This document shows, one piece after another, positions 9,572 through 19,669 of a stretch of DNA of 64,000 bases. Numbering within the stretch: the stretch's first letter is position 1; every line of letters begins with the position of its first letter. The notes beneath the pieces are model-generated. The model was given only the letters and a program-made list of their open reading frames with translations. It did not search any database and was not told where the DNA came from. Origin of the DNA: Candidatus Latescibacterota bacterium (GTDB lineage: Bacteria; Latescibacterota; UBA2968; UBA8231). The stretch lies in NCBI GenBank assembly GCA_965197905.1, contig CBDAOB010000005.1, positions 512,001 through 576,000 of the forward strand. Direction: 5' to 3'. The translations under genes and the position numbers were made by a program.

Positions 9572-11731
9572 ATGAGACACGAGATTCCCGACTATATTCG
9601 TTCCTTTCTGAATCCGGGATTCGGCGGGGACACAACTACCGAATTCGACAAGTCGAGGATCCGACCGCGAGCCTTTCTGGTTGGTAGCACCTTCAGCTTC
9701 TTCCTCGCCATCGGCGCCCCATACGGCAACATGCTGGTGAAGGGTGCCTACGTCGCCCAGGATGCCACTGCCCCGGGTGCCTTTCTGGTCTTTCTGTTCG
9801 TAGTGGGCTGCCTCAACATGCTCTTCAAGCTCGAAGCTCGCGGCCCGGCCACTGCGCAGAAAGTCGCCGGAGCATCGATTCTACTCTTCATCTGGGCGTT
9901 CTGGCCGCTAGACAGTTTCGATCCGTACTCCCCGCACCTGATCTTCTCCTGTTTGGTTCTTGGTTTGTTGTTGCTCAACGCAGCTCTGGTAATAGGGCGA
10001 GGGAGCGGTCTGACGTTGAATCGTTCGGAGCTGGTATTGGTGTTCATCATGCTGGTGGTGGTGTCGGTCGTCTGCACGCTGGGTCTGAGCTCGACCCTCC
10101 TACCCACCATAACCGGCTTCTACTATTTCGCCACCCCTTCAAATCGATGGTTGAGTCTCGCTCCGCATCTGCCCTCCCACCGGATCCTGGTGGATGACGG
10201 AAACCGCAACACCTCCTTCTACGAAGGACTGGAAGAAGGCGCCGTACCCCCGTACGGGGCCTGGATCGAGCCACTATTGTGGTGGGCGATTCTGATCGGC
10301 GCGGTCTACTGCGTCATGGTCTCGGCGGCGGTGATCCTGCGCCGGCAGTGGATGGATCGGGAGCGCCTTCCGTATCCGCTTGCTCAGGTGCCGCTGGCGC
10401 TTCTCGGCGAGGAGCGCGAGGACCGACTGGTGAACCGCTATCTCAAGAGCCGAATGATGTGGGCCGGGGCCGCCTTGCCTTTGGTGATCGGCAGCTTGAA
10501 GGCATGGTCGGTCTATAATCCGGCAATACTGCGTCCAACCGTCTTCTGGATGTTCAACCCGTTCGACATCTATCACTTCTTCATCATCCAGATCAGCTTC
10601 ATCTGGATCGGCTTCAGCTATTTCATCAACACCAAAATCGCCGCCTCCCTGTGGATCTTCCACCTGCTGTCGAAGCTGGAGGTTCTGGCGATGGTGGGGT
10701 TGGATCTGGACCGCGGCCTGTCCTATGTGCGCGGTTTCAGCCTGGTGCCGTTCATAGGTTACCAGGGATTCGGCGCCCTGATGGCGATGGTCCTGACCGG
10801 GTTGTGGATCGCGCGGGGGCATCTGCGCGAGGTATGGCGCAAGGCCCTGGGCGGTGTCGGGGAGGTCGATGACGCGACCGAGGTTCTTAGCTATCGAAAG
10901 GCGGTTGTAGGCACGATTCTCGGGCTTTCAGTGGCCGTCGTCTGGTTCTGGATCATGGGCATGCCGCTCTGGATCGCCTCGTTGTTCATCGGGATCCTGT
11001 TTCTGACCTTGATCGGCATCAGTCGCTACGTCGCCGAAGCCGGCCTGGTCAGAGTATCTTCGCCGGTGGCCCCTCCCGAGCTGATCTTGAAAACGGTGGG
11101 GACCACCCTAGTGGGGGGTCCGGGCGTGCTTCTGCTGCCTCTCAGCTACGCCTGGGCCCTTACCAACACCAACAACCTGATGAGCGTATTTGCGAGCGGC
11201 CTGCGACTCACCAGCGAAGTGGAGGTCAGGAGTCGTAGATATCTGGCGATCGCCGTCGTACTGGCATTGATCGTGGGCATTGGGGGGGCGTTCTGGATGA
11301 ACATGCACCTGGCCTACCGCTACGGCGGGATCAATCTTCATGGGTCCTATTTTATCAGGTTCCCCGCCGACCATTTCAATATATCAGTGGCGAATCTTGC
11401 GCCAGCGGGTGTCTATTGGGATGGACTCGTATTTGTCGCTGCGGGGGCGGGGATCATGCTGTTGTTGATCCTGGCACAGATGCGGCTGCCGTGGTGGCCG
11501 CTGCACCCGATCGGGTTTCCCGTCGGCATGACCTTGTACTACCCCTGGTTCAACATCTTCGTGGCTTGGCTCGTGAAGGTGTTGGTGCTGAGATATGGAG
11601 GGGCAGCGGCTTACCGGCGAACCCAGCCGTTCTTCTTCGGTCTCATCACCGGACACTGCCTCTGTATAGTGGGATGGATCATCATCGATTCGTTCACCGG
11701 TCAAACCTGGAACATCACGCTGCAGATGTGA
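9572..11731 (+). CDS. DUF6785/DUF6784-like polytopic inner-membrane protein (subfamily A)
   Basis: 719 aa, colinear with 7407..9551 (LNRSELVL, RRQWMDRERLPYPLAQVP, WWPLHPIGF, LRYGGAAAYRRTQPFFFGL). Confidence 0.8.
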   Translation: MRHEIPDYIRSFLNPGFGGDTTTEFDKSRIRPRAFLVGSTFSFFLAIGAPYGNMLVKGAYVAQDATAPGAFLVFLFVVGCLNMLFKLEARGPATAQKVAGASILLFIWAFWPLDSFDPYSPHLIFSCLVLGLLLLNAALVIGRGSGLTLNRSELVLVFIMLVVVSVVCTLGLSSTLLPTITGFYYFATPSNRWLSLAPHLPSHRILVDDGNRNTSFYEGLEEGAVPPYGAWIEPLLWWAILIGAVYCVMVSAAVILRRQWMDRERLPYPLAQVPLALLGEEREDRLVNRYLKSRMMWAGAALPLVIGSLKAWSVYNPAILRPTVFWMFNPFDIYHFFIIQISFIWIGFSYFINTKIAASLWIFHLLSKLEVLAMVGLDLDRGLSYVRGFSLVPFIGYQGFGALMAMVLTGLWIARGHLREVWRKALGGVGEVDDATEVLSYRKAVVGTILGLSVAVVWFWIMGMPLWIASLFIGILFLTLIGISRYVAEAGLVRVSSPVAPPELILKTVGTTLVGGPGVLLLPLSYAWALTNTNNLMSVFASGLRLTSEVEVRSRRYLAIAVVLALIVGIGGAFWMNMHLAYRYGGINLHGSYFIRFPADHFNISVANLAPAGVYWDGLVFVAAGAGIMLLLILAQMRLPWWPLHPIGFPVGMTLYYPWFNIFVAWLVKVLVLRYGGAAAYRRTQPFFFGLITGHCLCIVGWIIIDSFTGQTWNITLQM

Positions 11732-14659
11732 CTATATCACCCGTCCGTATTCGGTAAACCCTATCAGGGCGCGCAAGAAGAAGGCCCAGGTGTTGGCATT
11801 TGAGCTCTTCCTGAACGGGTCGTCAAAGCTCCGTTTGTTCCGCTCCAGGCCTATCGTCGTATGGAGATCGTAGCCGAAATAGAGTGAGCGATTGGCCACG
11901 GTGAAAAAACCAATGCGCTGCTCGAAGCTCCTAGTTTTATCCACCTGATCCTCGACGCGGTACGGCGCCGGTCCCAACCCCTGCAGCCCAAGCTTGAGAT
12001 CGGTGCGCAGCATAATAGGATACGAGACCAGCAGGATCGGAATCACCCGGTATTCCGAGATGAGCCGGCGGGAGGTGTAACCACCGCCTTGTTTGCGGTC
12101 CGCATCCTGATCTACGAGTCGCAGCAGCATCAGCTTCAACCGCGGTCGCACCATTAGTCGGCCCCAATGCCAGGTGTAGGTGGCGCGGCTGATGGTGGTC
12201 CAGTAATCGAGCCGGCGGGCGCGCCGAGAAATGCCGCCGGGCAGGTCAGACTCTCGCTGCCAGTTCAGGCGGAGGCGAAGTCGCTGGCTCAGCCCCAGGC
12301 CCGGCAACGGCCGCAGGTCGGCTTCCAGGTTGGTCTCGTTTACCACACTGTTCTGATACAGCAGGAAATCGGTTTGGGCGCGGACGCCCTGAAAGATCAG
12401 CGCCTGCTGGATGGCGCCACGAACCGCCTCGTACCCCCGGTAATCGAAATACAGACCAAGGGTCGGTCGCTGAGTGCTCGAGACGTGCGGATCCTGGATG
12501 TTGTCTTTCACGCGCCGCAGATTGTTCTCGAAAAACAGGCGCCGAACCCGGCCCAGGTCCCGGCGTAGGTAGGTCACCAGGCCATAGACCACATGGTTGC
12601 GGCCGGGACCGGCGATCTGTCGCGCCTGGTAGCGACCGAAGCCTGCGGACCAGTGCTCCGTCGGATGGAGCTGGCCAAACAGATGAATATCGCGCTGGTC
12701 GGCGTCGTAGGGGTAGTCCGCGTCACCGTCGTCTTCTCGCTGATCCGGCTCGTCGTTATTGTTCCGATCCAGGCCGTAGGAGTACTCGTTCGGATCGGCA
12801 TCGAACATGAAAAACGGCTCGTCCCAGTCAGGTGTGCCGTTGAAGTTCCGGTTGGTGTCGGGGATCCCGTCGTTGTCCACGTCCTGGTTCAGGAAAACCC
12901 CATTGAGGTCGCCACCGTTCGACGGAGTGCCGATAGGTCGGTGTCCGTTCTCGGACATCTGGTCCCCGTCGTCGTTGTCTTCCACCAGGTCGATGGTGAA
13001 CATGCCGCTGCGGCCGACGCCGACGTATTCGTTGCGACTCTCCCCGTCGCGACGGCTGAACATGCGGGTTTTGTACTCGGGGTTGAGGGCAAACAGCTCA
13101 GCACCGAGCACCCCGCTTTTGAAGTTTCTGGTAGCGTTGACGAAGTAGGCGGAACCGTGCTCCACGGCATGAGGAGCCTTGCGGAACACGGGGGTTTCTC
13201 CGTCAAAGGAGGGATAGCGCGAGAACTGAGCCGAGCGCGCATACTCTGCCTTGATCTCCAGGTTTCGCAGCTTGAGCTTGGCGTCGGCACTGTAGGTGAA
13301 CAGACCGGTGGTTTCGCCAAAGCTGAAACGCACCCGTTCGAGATTGCTCAGGTCCTGAATGTTCCCCGGCGCGCGCAGGCGATTGATCCACGAACTGGTG
13401 GCCCAACGCCTAGCCTCGTCCTTGGCCCGTTCCGAAATAACCGTCAGGAAGAAGACGTCGATCCGATAATCGTTTGCCACCAACGCCTCGATCTCGATCT
13501 CCTCGATAACCGGCACCTCCCGCAGATCGTAGAGGGCGATGACCCAGTCTTCGCCATCGGCTTGGAGAACCGATCCTGGCGGACGCATGACGAAGGTGTT
13601 CTGTAATAACTCGATGTTGGCGTTGGCGCTGACGTCGATCCCTTGCTCGTGCTGGATCCGATAAAGTAGTCGGCATAGAACGAAAGGCCGGAACGGCCGC
13701 GGTAGCTCAATGCGCGGAACTCTCCAGTGGCGCTGGAGATAGTGCCGACGGCCGTTTTCACCAGGCTGTTGTGTTTGATGAGATGATTGGTGATGTCGGA
13801 ACGCTCCACGCCGTTGACGATGATCTTCAGATCCTGCACCACCGCTCCGCCCTGTCCGTCCACCGGCGAATCGTCGGAAAACCGCACGCCGAGCCAGCCG
13901 ATGCGGGGATAGGTAGGCCGAATGACTCCCTTGAGAGAATTGCCCGGCTGAGTGCTCTGATAGACATGCAGGTTGGCACCGTTGAGCCCGAGTCTTAAGG
14001 CGCCAATCTGTGTCTGTGCCCGGGCGCCGAGCATCATCGTGCTGGTGTCAGCCAAATGTACATCTTCCACCATCCACGGAGCTGGAATCTCGGTCCAATG
14101 CCAGGGCCGCTCGAAGCGGGACCCAAGCAAGGTGAACTGCAAACGCGGCAAATGTGCGTCCAGCCTGACTCCGTGGAACGCGGCTTTGGAAAGGGTGAGG
14201 GGGGTGAAGCGGGCGATCATGTCATCAGCCACGATCAGGCTGTACCCCCAGTCCCCGTAGCCGTCCCTCCCTACCAGGGCGTGATCGAAGATCGGTCGAA
14301 AAACATCGATGTCCTTGAAGAGGGCACTGCCGTGCTCCTCGTCGAAACCACGGTTTTCGGTCCAGGAAAAGAGTTCGTAACCGCTAATGAGGTGATTGCC
14401 CATGGCACCGAAATAAGCCCGAGGATGGTCCGCGTAAGGAGGGGCGTGGTTGGGGGTAGTTGACGAAGGGTTGGTGGGCGTAGTTGACGTATTGGGGAGT
14501 CTCGGCGCGCAGCAGCAAGCGGGTGCGCGCGATCTCGCCGAGGCCGACCGACGGTCCGAGATCAGGTTCGGCGCCGAATGCTGGCGACAGAACAACCAAG
14601 ATGTAGGTCGAGCTGAGGAGCAGACGGAAACGGAAGCGTGCCGCTTTACGATTCAGCAC
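11732..14659 (-). pseudogene. ~975-aa secreted putative outer-membrane beta-barrel paralogue interrupted by two single-base indels (pseudogene or sequencing error)
   Basis: Three ORF pieces (14384..14659 with signal peptide, 13444..14595, 11732..13588) tile the intact paralogue 14664..17603. One extra base in the G5 run at 14452-14456 and one missing base near 13665 (tac[c]tttat; paralogue reads DYLYRIQHEQG). Ends ALIGFTEYGRVI. Confidence 0.8.
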
Positions 14660-14663
14660 GAAA

Positions 14664-17603
14664 CTAAATGACCCGGCCGTACTCGGTAAACCCGATCAGG
14701 GCGCGTACGAAGAACGAGAAGTTGTCGCTGTCGGAGCTTCTACGAAGAGGATCGTCAAAATGTCGTCTGTTGCGTTGGAAGCCGATCGTGGTGTAGAGAT
14801 CGTAGCCGAAATAGAGCGAGCGATTGGTTGCCGTCAAGAAACCGACGCGCTCTTCAAAGCTCCGGGATTCGTCCACCTGATCCCGAACCTGGTAGGGGAG
14901 CGGTCCAAACCCGTGCAGGCCAAGTTTCAGCTCGGTGCGCGGGAGCACAGGATACGAGGCCAGGAGGATCGGAATGATCCGGTACTCCGAGAGGAGCCGA
15001 CGGGAAGCATATCTGCCGCCTGCAACGCGGTCTGCATCCTGGTCCACCAGGCGCAGGAGCATGAGCTTGAGTTTCGGCTGCATCTTGATGCGGCCCCAAT
15101 GCCACACATAGCTGCCGCGACCGATGATCGTCCAGTAGTCCAAACGTCGCTGTCGCTGAGAGAGACCCCCAGCAGAGTCCCCTTCGCGTTGCCAGTTCAA
15201 GCGCAGGCGAAACCTCTGATTGAGCTCCAGGCCGGGAAGCGGCCTCAGATCTGCTTCCAGGTACGTTTCGTTTACGAAGCTGTTCTGATACATCAGGAAA
15301 TCGGTGCGCGTGTTGGCGCTCCTGAATATCAAAGCCTGCTGAATCGAGCCGCGCACCGCTTCATATCCGCGGTGATCGAAGTAGAGGCCGATCGTTGGAC
15401 GCTGGTTGTTCGAAACGTACGGGTCCTGGATGTCGTCCTTGACGCGCCGAAGCTGGTTCTCGAAGAAGATATGGCGCAGCGGTCCCCTCACCGAGCGCCG
15501 CCGGTAGTTCAATAAACCGTATGTAACGCGGTTGCGCCCCCTGCTTGCCACTTGACGCGCTCGGTAACGGCCAAATCCGACGGACCATTCTTTCGTCAGA
15601 TTGAGCTGGCCGAACAGATGATAACCACGCTGGTCGGCATCGTAAGGTAGATCGCTCTGACTGTCGTCCTCGCGGTGGTCCGGTTCGTCGTTGTTGTTTG
15701 CGTCGAGACCGTAGGCGTATTCGTTCGGGTCGGCGTGGAACATGAAAAACGGCTCGTCCCAGTCGGGGGTTCCGTTGAAGTTCCTGTTGGTGTCCGGAAT
15801 TCCGTCGTTGTCTTCATCCTGATTCGGGAAAACGCCGTCGATATCGCCGCCCAGCGATGGCTGTGAGATCGGTCGTGGGCCGCCATCGGCCAGGTGATCG
15901 CCGTCGTCGTTGTCCTGGATGAGACTGACGCCGAACCCGTTAGCGCGGTTCACCCCGAACAGCTCGCCGGCCGCCCGCGACTCGCGGTGTCCGATCAGGG
16001 ACGTTTTGAAATCGGGATTGATGGAAAACAGCTCGGCGCCGACGAGACCGCGATCGAACCAGCGGCTCGCGTTCACGAAATAGGCGGATCCGTGCTCCCC
16101 TCGTGGGGACGACTGGCCGAATGCCGGCTCGTCGCCATCGAAAGCGGGATAGCGCAGGAAGATGGACGAGCCGGCATACTCGGCATTCAATTCGAAGCCG
16201 GGAAGAGCCAACTTCAAATCGGCGCTGTAGGTAAACAGGCCGGTCTGTTCGCCGAATGTGAATCGCGCCCGGCGTAGATTGCTCAGATCCTGCACGTTTC
16301 CGGGTGAGCGCAAGCGATTGAGCCAGGTACTGGTCCTCCATCGCCGTGCCTCGTTATCGGCGCGATCGTTGATCTTGGTGAGAAAGAAAACGTCGACGCG
16401 GTAATCGTTCCCCAGCAATACCTCGAATTCAGCAGACTCGATGACCGGTACGTTGCGCAGATCGTAGAGGGCGATGACCCAATCCTCGCCGTCGGCCTGC
16501 AACACCTCGTCCGGCGGAGGCATGACAAACGTGTTTATAAGAACGTCTACATTGGCGAAATCGTTAACATCGACGCCTTGCTCGTGCTGGATGCGGTAGA
16601 GGTAATCGGCAAAGAACGAGAGGCCAGATCGCCCGCGGTAACTCAATGACTGGAATTCGCCGGTGCGCGAGGAAACCGAGCCGATGGAGGTTTTGACCAG
16701 GCTGTTGTGTTTGATCACGTGCCCGACAATGTCACTACGTTCCTCCCCGTTGATGAATAGCTTTATCTCCTGGACCACCGCGCCGCCACGACCATCGATG
16801 GGGGAATCGTCGGAGAAACGCAGGCCGAGCCAGTCGAGGCGAGGAAAATCCGGGCGAATGACTCCCTTTAGCGAGTTGTCCGATCCGGTGCTGTGAAAGA
16901 TGTGCAGGTTTGCCCCGTTGAGGCCCAGCCGGGCTGTTCCCACCTGCGTCTGCAGGCGCCCTCCCAGAAGCATGGTGCTGGCGTCGGCGGAATGGACGCG
17001 GTCCGCCATCCATTCTTCGATGTTGCTGCCCTCGACCCAGTGCCATGGGCGTTCGTAGCGGGAGGCCATGACGCTGAATTGGAGCCGCGGCAAGTGAGCG
17101 TCCAGGCGAGTGCCGTTGAAGGTCACTTGCGACAGGGTGAGCGGCGACAGGTGAGCGATCATATCGTCTCCCACCATCATGCTGTAGCCCCAATTCCCGT
17201 AACCGTCACGCCCGACAATAAGGTGTTCGAAAATGGGTCGAAAAACATTGATGTCTTTGAAGATTGCGCTGCCGTACTGTCCGCCCACACCGCGCTGTTC
17301 CCTCCAGGAAAAAATCTCGTAGCCCGAAATAAGTTGATTGCCCAGCGCACCAAAATACACGCTTGGATGATCGGAGTATGGTGTGGTGTGGTCGCGGTAG
17401 TTGACGTAACGACGGTGGGCGTAATTGGCATAGAGACGCGTAGGCATCCTCAATGCCAGCCGCGAGGGCGGTATCTGCGGCAGGCCAAGCGCTGCCTCGT
17501 CGACCTGATCGCCGTGCACATGGGGGATCAATGCTGCTTGAAGGAGGGTGCCTAGTGCGATTGCAACGAGAAACATCCAACCCATAACTGTATTAAAGGG
17601 CAT
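14664..17603 (-). CDS. ~980-aa secreted putative outer-membrane beta-barrel protein with Asp-rich Ca-binding-like loops
   Basis: 979 aa. Hydrophobic N-terminal signal, alternating amphipathic strands, DDSP.DG.GG and DNDDGD/DEDNDG/DANNNDEPD motifs, C-terminus FFVRALIGFTEYGRVI. Confidence 0.8.
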   Translation of the reverse strand: MPFNTVMGWMFLVAIALGTLLQAALIPHVHGDQVDEAALGLPQIPPSRLALRMPTRLYANYAHRRYVNYRDHTTPYSDHPSVYFGALGNQLISGYEIFSWREQRGVGGQYGSAIFKDINVFRPIFEHLIVGRDGYGNWGYSMMVGDDMIAHLSPLTLSQVTFNGTRLDAHLPRLQFSVMASRYERPWHWVEGSNIEEWMADRVHSADASTMLLGGRLQTQVGTARLGLNGANLHIFHSTGSDNSLKGVIRPDFPRLDWLGLRFSDDSPIDGRGGAVVQEIKLFINGEERSDIVGHVIKHNSLVKTSIGSVSSRTGEFQSLSYRGRSGLSFFADYLYRIQHEQGVDVNDFANVDVLINTFVMPPPDEVLQADGEDWVIALYDLRNVPVIESAEFEVLLGNDYRVDVFFLTKINDRADNEARRWRTSTWLNRLRSPGNVQDLSNLRRARFTFGEQTGLFTYSADLKLALPGFELNAEYAGSSIFLRYPAFDGDEPAFGQSSPRGEHGSAYFVNASRWFDRGLVGAELFSINPDFKTSLIGHRESRAAGELFGVNRANGFGVSLIQDNDDGDHLADGGPRPISQPSLGGDIDGVFPNQDEDNDGIPDTNRNFNGTPDWDEPFFMFHADPNEYAYGLDANNNDEPDHREDDSQSDLPYDADQRGYHLFGQLNLTKEWSVGFGRYRARQVASRGRNRVTYGLLNYRRRSVRGPLRHIFFENQLRRVKDDIQDPYVSNNQRPTIGLYFDHRGYEAVRGSIQQALIFRSANTRTDFLMYQNSFVNETYLEADLRPLPGLELNQRFRLRLNWQREGDSAGGLSQRQRRLDYWTIIGRGSYVWHWGRIKMQPKLKLMLLRLVDQDADRVAGGRYASRRLLSEYRIIPILLASYPVLPRTELKLGLHGFGPLPYQVRDQVDESRSFEERVGFLTATNRSLYFGYDLYTTIGFQRNRRHFDDPLRRSSDSDNFSFFVRALIGFTEYGRVI

Positions 17604-17646
17604 GTAGCAGGGCGGGTAAAGATAAGAGGTCCGCGATTAGGTTTTC

Positions 17647-17675
17647 TTGACCGTCGCCTATTGAAAAAGTAGTTT
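17647..17675 (+). promoter_or_regulatory. Candidate sigma70 promoter for 17737..19599
   Basis: TTGACC (17647-17652), 17-nt spacer, TAGTTT (17670-17675), in the divergent intergenic region. Confidence 0.5.
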
Positions 17676-17736
17676 CCCACCAGATGCCCCGCCCCGTGCA
17701 TTATGCCGCCGATGCGCGCGCCAAAGCGAGGTTGCC

Positions 17737-19599
17737 ATGTTGACATTGCGCCAAACGCTGGTCGCCGTAATCCTCCTCGGCGTCCTCGAAATCCGCGCCC
17801 AAACCTACCCGCCACTGCCGGTGTTCGACGGGGTCTACGACCTTCCCGAACTGTCCGGAGAATTCCGTCCTCTGCGCATTCAGGTGAGCGACGTGCAATG
17901 GGACGGCTCCTCCCTGTTGCGCATTCCGTTCAACATCAACCAGCGGTCGACGGTTTGGCTGGCCGTCTATAAGGTGGACCCGGAGAGCGGGGAGACGGGG
18001 CCGGGGCTGGCGTGGCTGCATCTGACGCCCCAACCAAAGCTGGTGTCAATCAGTGACGGGCGCGATTTCCAGCGGGGCTCCAATACAATTACCTGGGAGG
18101 GGCGCGACTGGCGCGGTGAGGCGGTGCCCGCCGGCGATTTCGAGTTCGACGTGATCGCCATCAACAATCTCGACAAGGCGGTCCTCGCCGGACCCAGCGC
18201 ACGCACCGGATTCGGACGCAATATCATCGATACTCGTCATGATCCACCAGAGATCTGGATTCAGGAGTACGATCGCCGGGCTGAGGCCTGGGGCCGACAC
18301 AAAGCCGGAGATGTCATTCGCGGATTTCTGGGCACGGACTACCTGATCAACCCTTCGGGTTGGGAGCGTTGGGAGTACAATGACGACGTATTCGATTTCG
18401 CCGACGCGCGCACCACGTCGGGACTGCGCTTCGACGATGTGGATGAACAGGTGTTCTGGACGACTCACTGGCGCGGGTCCCGCGGCGGTCTCTACAAGAT
18501 GAAAATCGATCGCACCCGAAGATCCTGGACGCGGGATCAATCGTTCGCCATCAATGGGTTCTCCCCCAACCGAGAAGATCGCATCATGGATATCGCGCCA
18601 TGGAAGCAGGTGGTGTACGCCGCCCACTGGAGTCGCGGATCGGTGCCGTATTCCACCATTGAGCTGTGGGACAAAAGCAGCGGTGAGGTACTCAACGAAT
18701 TCGACGTTACCGAATTCTTTTCCCTGGCAATCAGCGACGAGCAAGGTCGCTTAATATTGACCAGCAGAGGCCCCTCCCAACTGGAGGTCAATGACCGGGG
18801 CATCTGGTCCGATAGCTGGGGTACGCCCCATATCGTACACCTGGATCACGAGGGGGAGATTCGCTGGGTCAACCGCAATGGAGATGTACTGGGCGACAAT
18901 ATCTCGAATGAATCTGCCGTCGATCTGGGCATGAGGCGGGGCGCCCGCGGCAACAATTTGCAAATGGCCGCCGACGGCAGCGGTCGGGTGGTTTTCGTCG
19001 CCACATATAAGAACGAACGAGGCTCCCAGTTTTGTGCCTTCGGCAGGGACGGCAGCGGACTGTTCGATGTCTACTTGCGCAGTACCCTTGGACCGTTCCG
19101 CAACGACACGACCTGGTACCTCACCGTCGTCGATGACGATGGAGGCGACTTCGATGGAATATATTACGGCACCCATTTAAGCATGATGGTGCTCAACTTC
19201 GATTTCCCGCAGGGGCGCAAATTCGGCCCCGGGATGCTGCTGTACATCCCTTACGATCTAGGCTCCGGTCGCATCACCCCGGTCGCGACCGCAATCACCG
19301 CAGGTGAATCCCTCCGTCCCAACGGATTTCGGCTGGATCCAGCCTATCCCAATCCGTTCAACGGGGCAACCACCATCCCGTTTACCATACCCACCCCGCA
19401 ACGGGTGACATTGCGGATCTTTGATGCCACTGGTGGCACGGTCGCAACACTCATAGATCGTGACCTGGATGCCGGCCGCTACGAGGTTCAGTGGCGCCCG
19501 CTGGACGACGACTCGCGGCCGGCTGCGAGTGGTGTATATTTCGCACGCATCGCCGGGGCGGCCAGTACGGCGACCCGGACCCTGCTTCACTTGAAATAA
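17737..19599 (+). CDS. Secreted protein: N-terminal FlgD-like Ig domain, probable beta-propeller, C-terminal FlgD/T9SS type-A sorting-like domain
   Basis: 620 aa, signal peptide, GAGG RBS. N-terminal GSNTITWEGRDWRGEAVPAGDF. C-terminal YPNPFN...SGVYFARI...TRTLLHLK. Paralogue of 27687..29624. Confidence 0.8.
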   Translation: MLTLRQTLVAVILLGVLEIRAQTYPPLPVFDGVYDLPELSGEFRPLRIQVSDVQWDGSSLLRIPFNINQRSTVWLAVYKVDPESGETGPGLAWLHLTPQPKLVSISDGRDFQRGSNTITWEGRDWRGEAVPAGDFEFDVIAINNLDKAVLAGPSARTGFGRNIIDTRHDPPEIWIQEYDRRAEAWGRHKAGDVIRGFLGTDYLINPSGWERWEYNDDVFDFADARTTSGLRFDDVDEQVFWTTHWRGSRGGLYKMKIDRTRRSWTRDQSFAINGFSPNREDRIMDIAPWKQVVYAAHWSRGSVPYSTIELWDKSSGEVLNEFDVTEFFSLAISDEQGRLILTSRGPSQLEVNDRGIWSDSWGTPHIVHLDHEGEIRWVNRNGDVLGDNISNESAVDLGMRRGARGNNLQMAADGSGRVVFVATYKNERGSQFCAFGRDGSGLFDVYLRSTLGPFRNDTTWYLTVVDDDGGDFDGIYYGTHLSMMVLNFDFPQGRKFGPGMLLYIPYDLGSGRITPVATAITAGESLRPNGFRLDPAYPNPFNGATTIPFTIPTPQRVTLRIFDATGGTVATLIDRDLDAGRYEVQWRPLDDDSRPAASGVYFARIAGAASTATRTLLHLK

Positions 19600-19669
19600 T
19601 TCCACGGAAGAGCGAACCTGCGCTCGTTTGCGACCGCGCTGGCACGCTGTCGGGTAAGGACTGTTCTGA

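Noticed and set aside
11729..11734. Convergent genes whose stop codons abut with zero gap
   Set aside because: Common in compact genomes; no evidence of antisense regulation from sequence alone.
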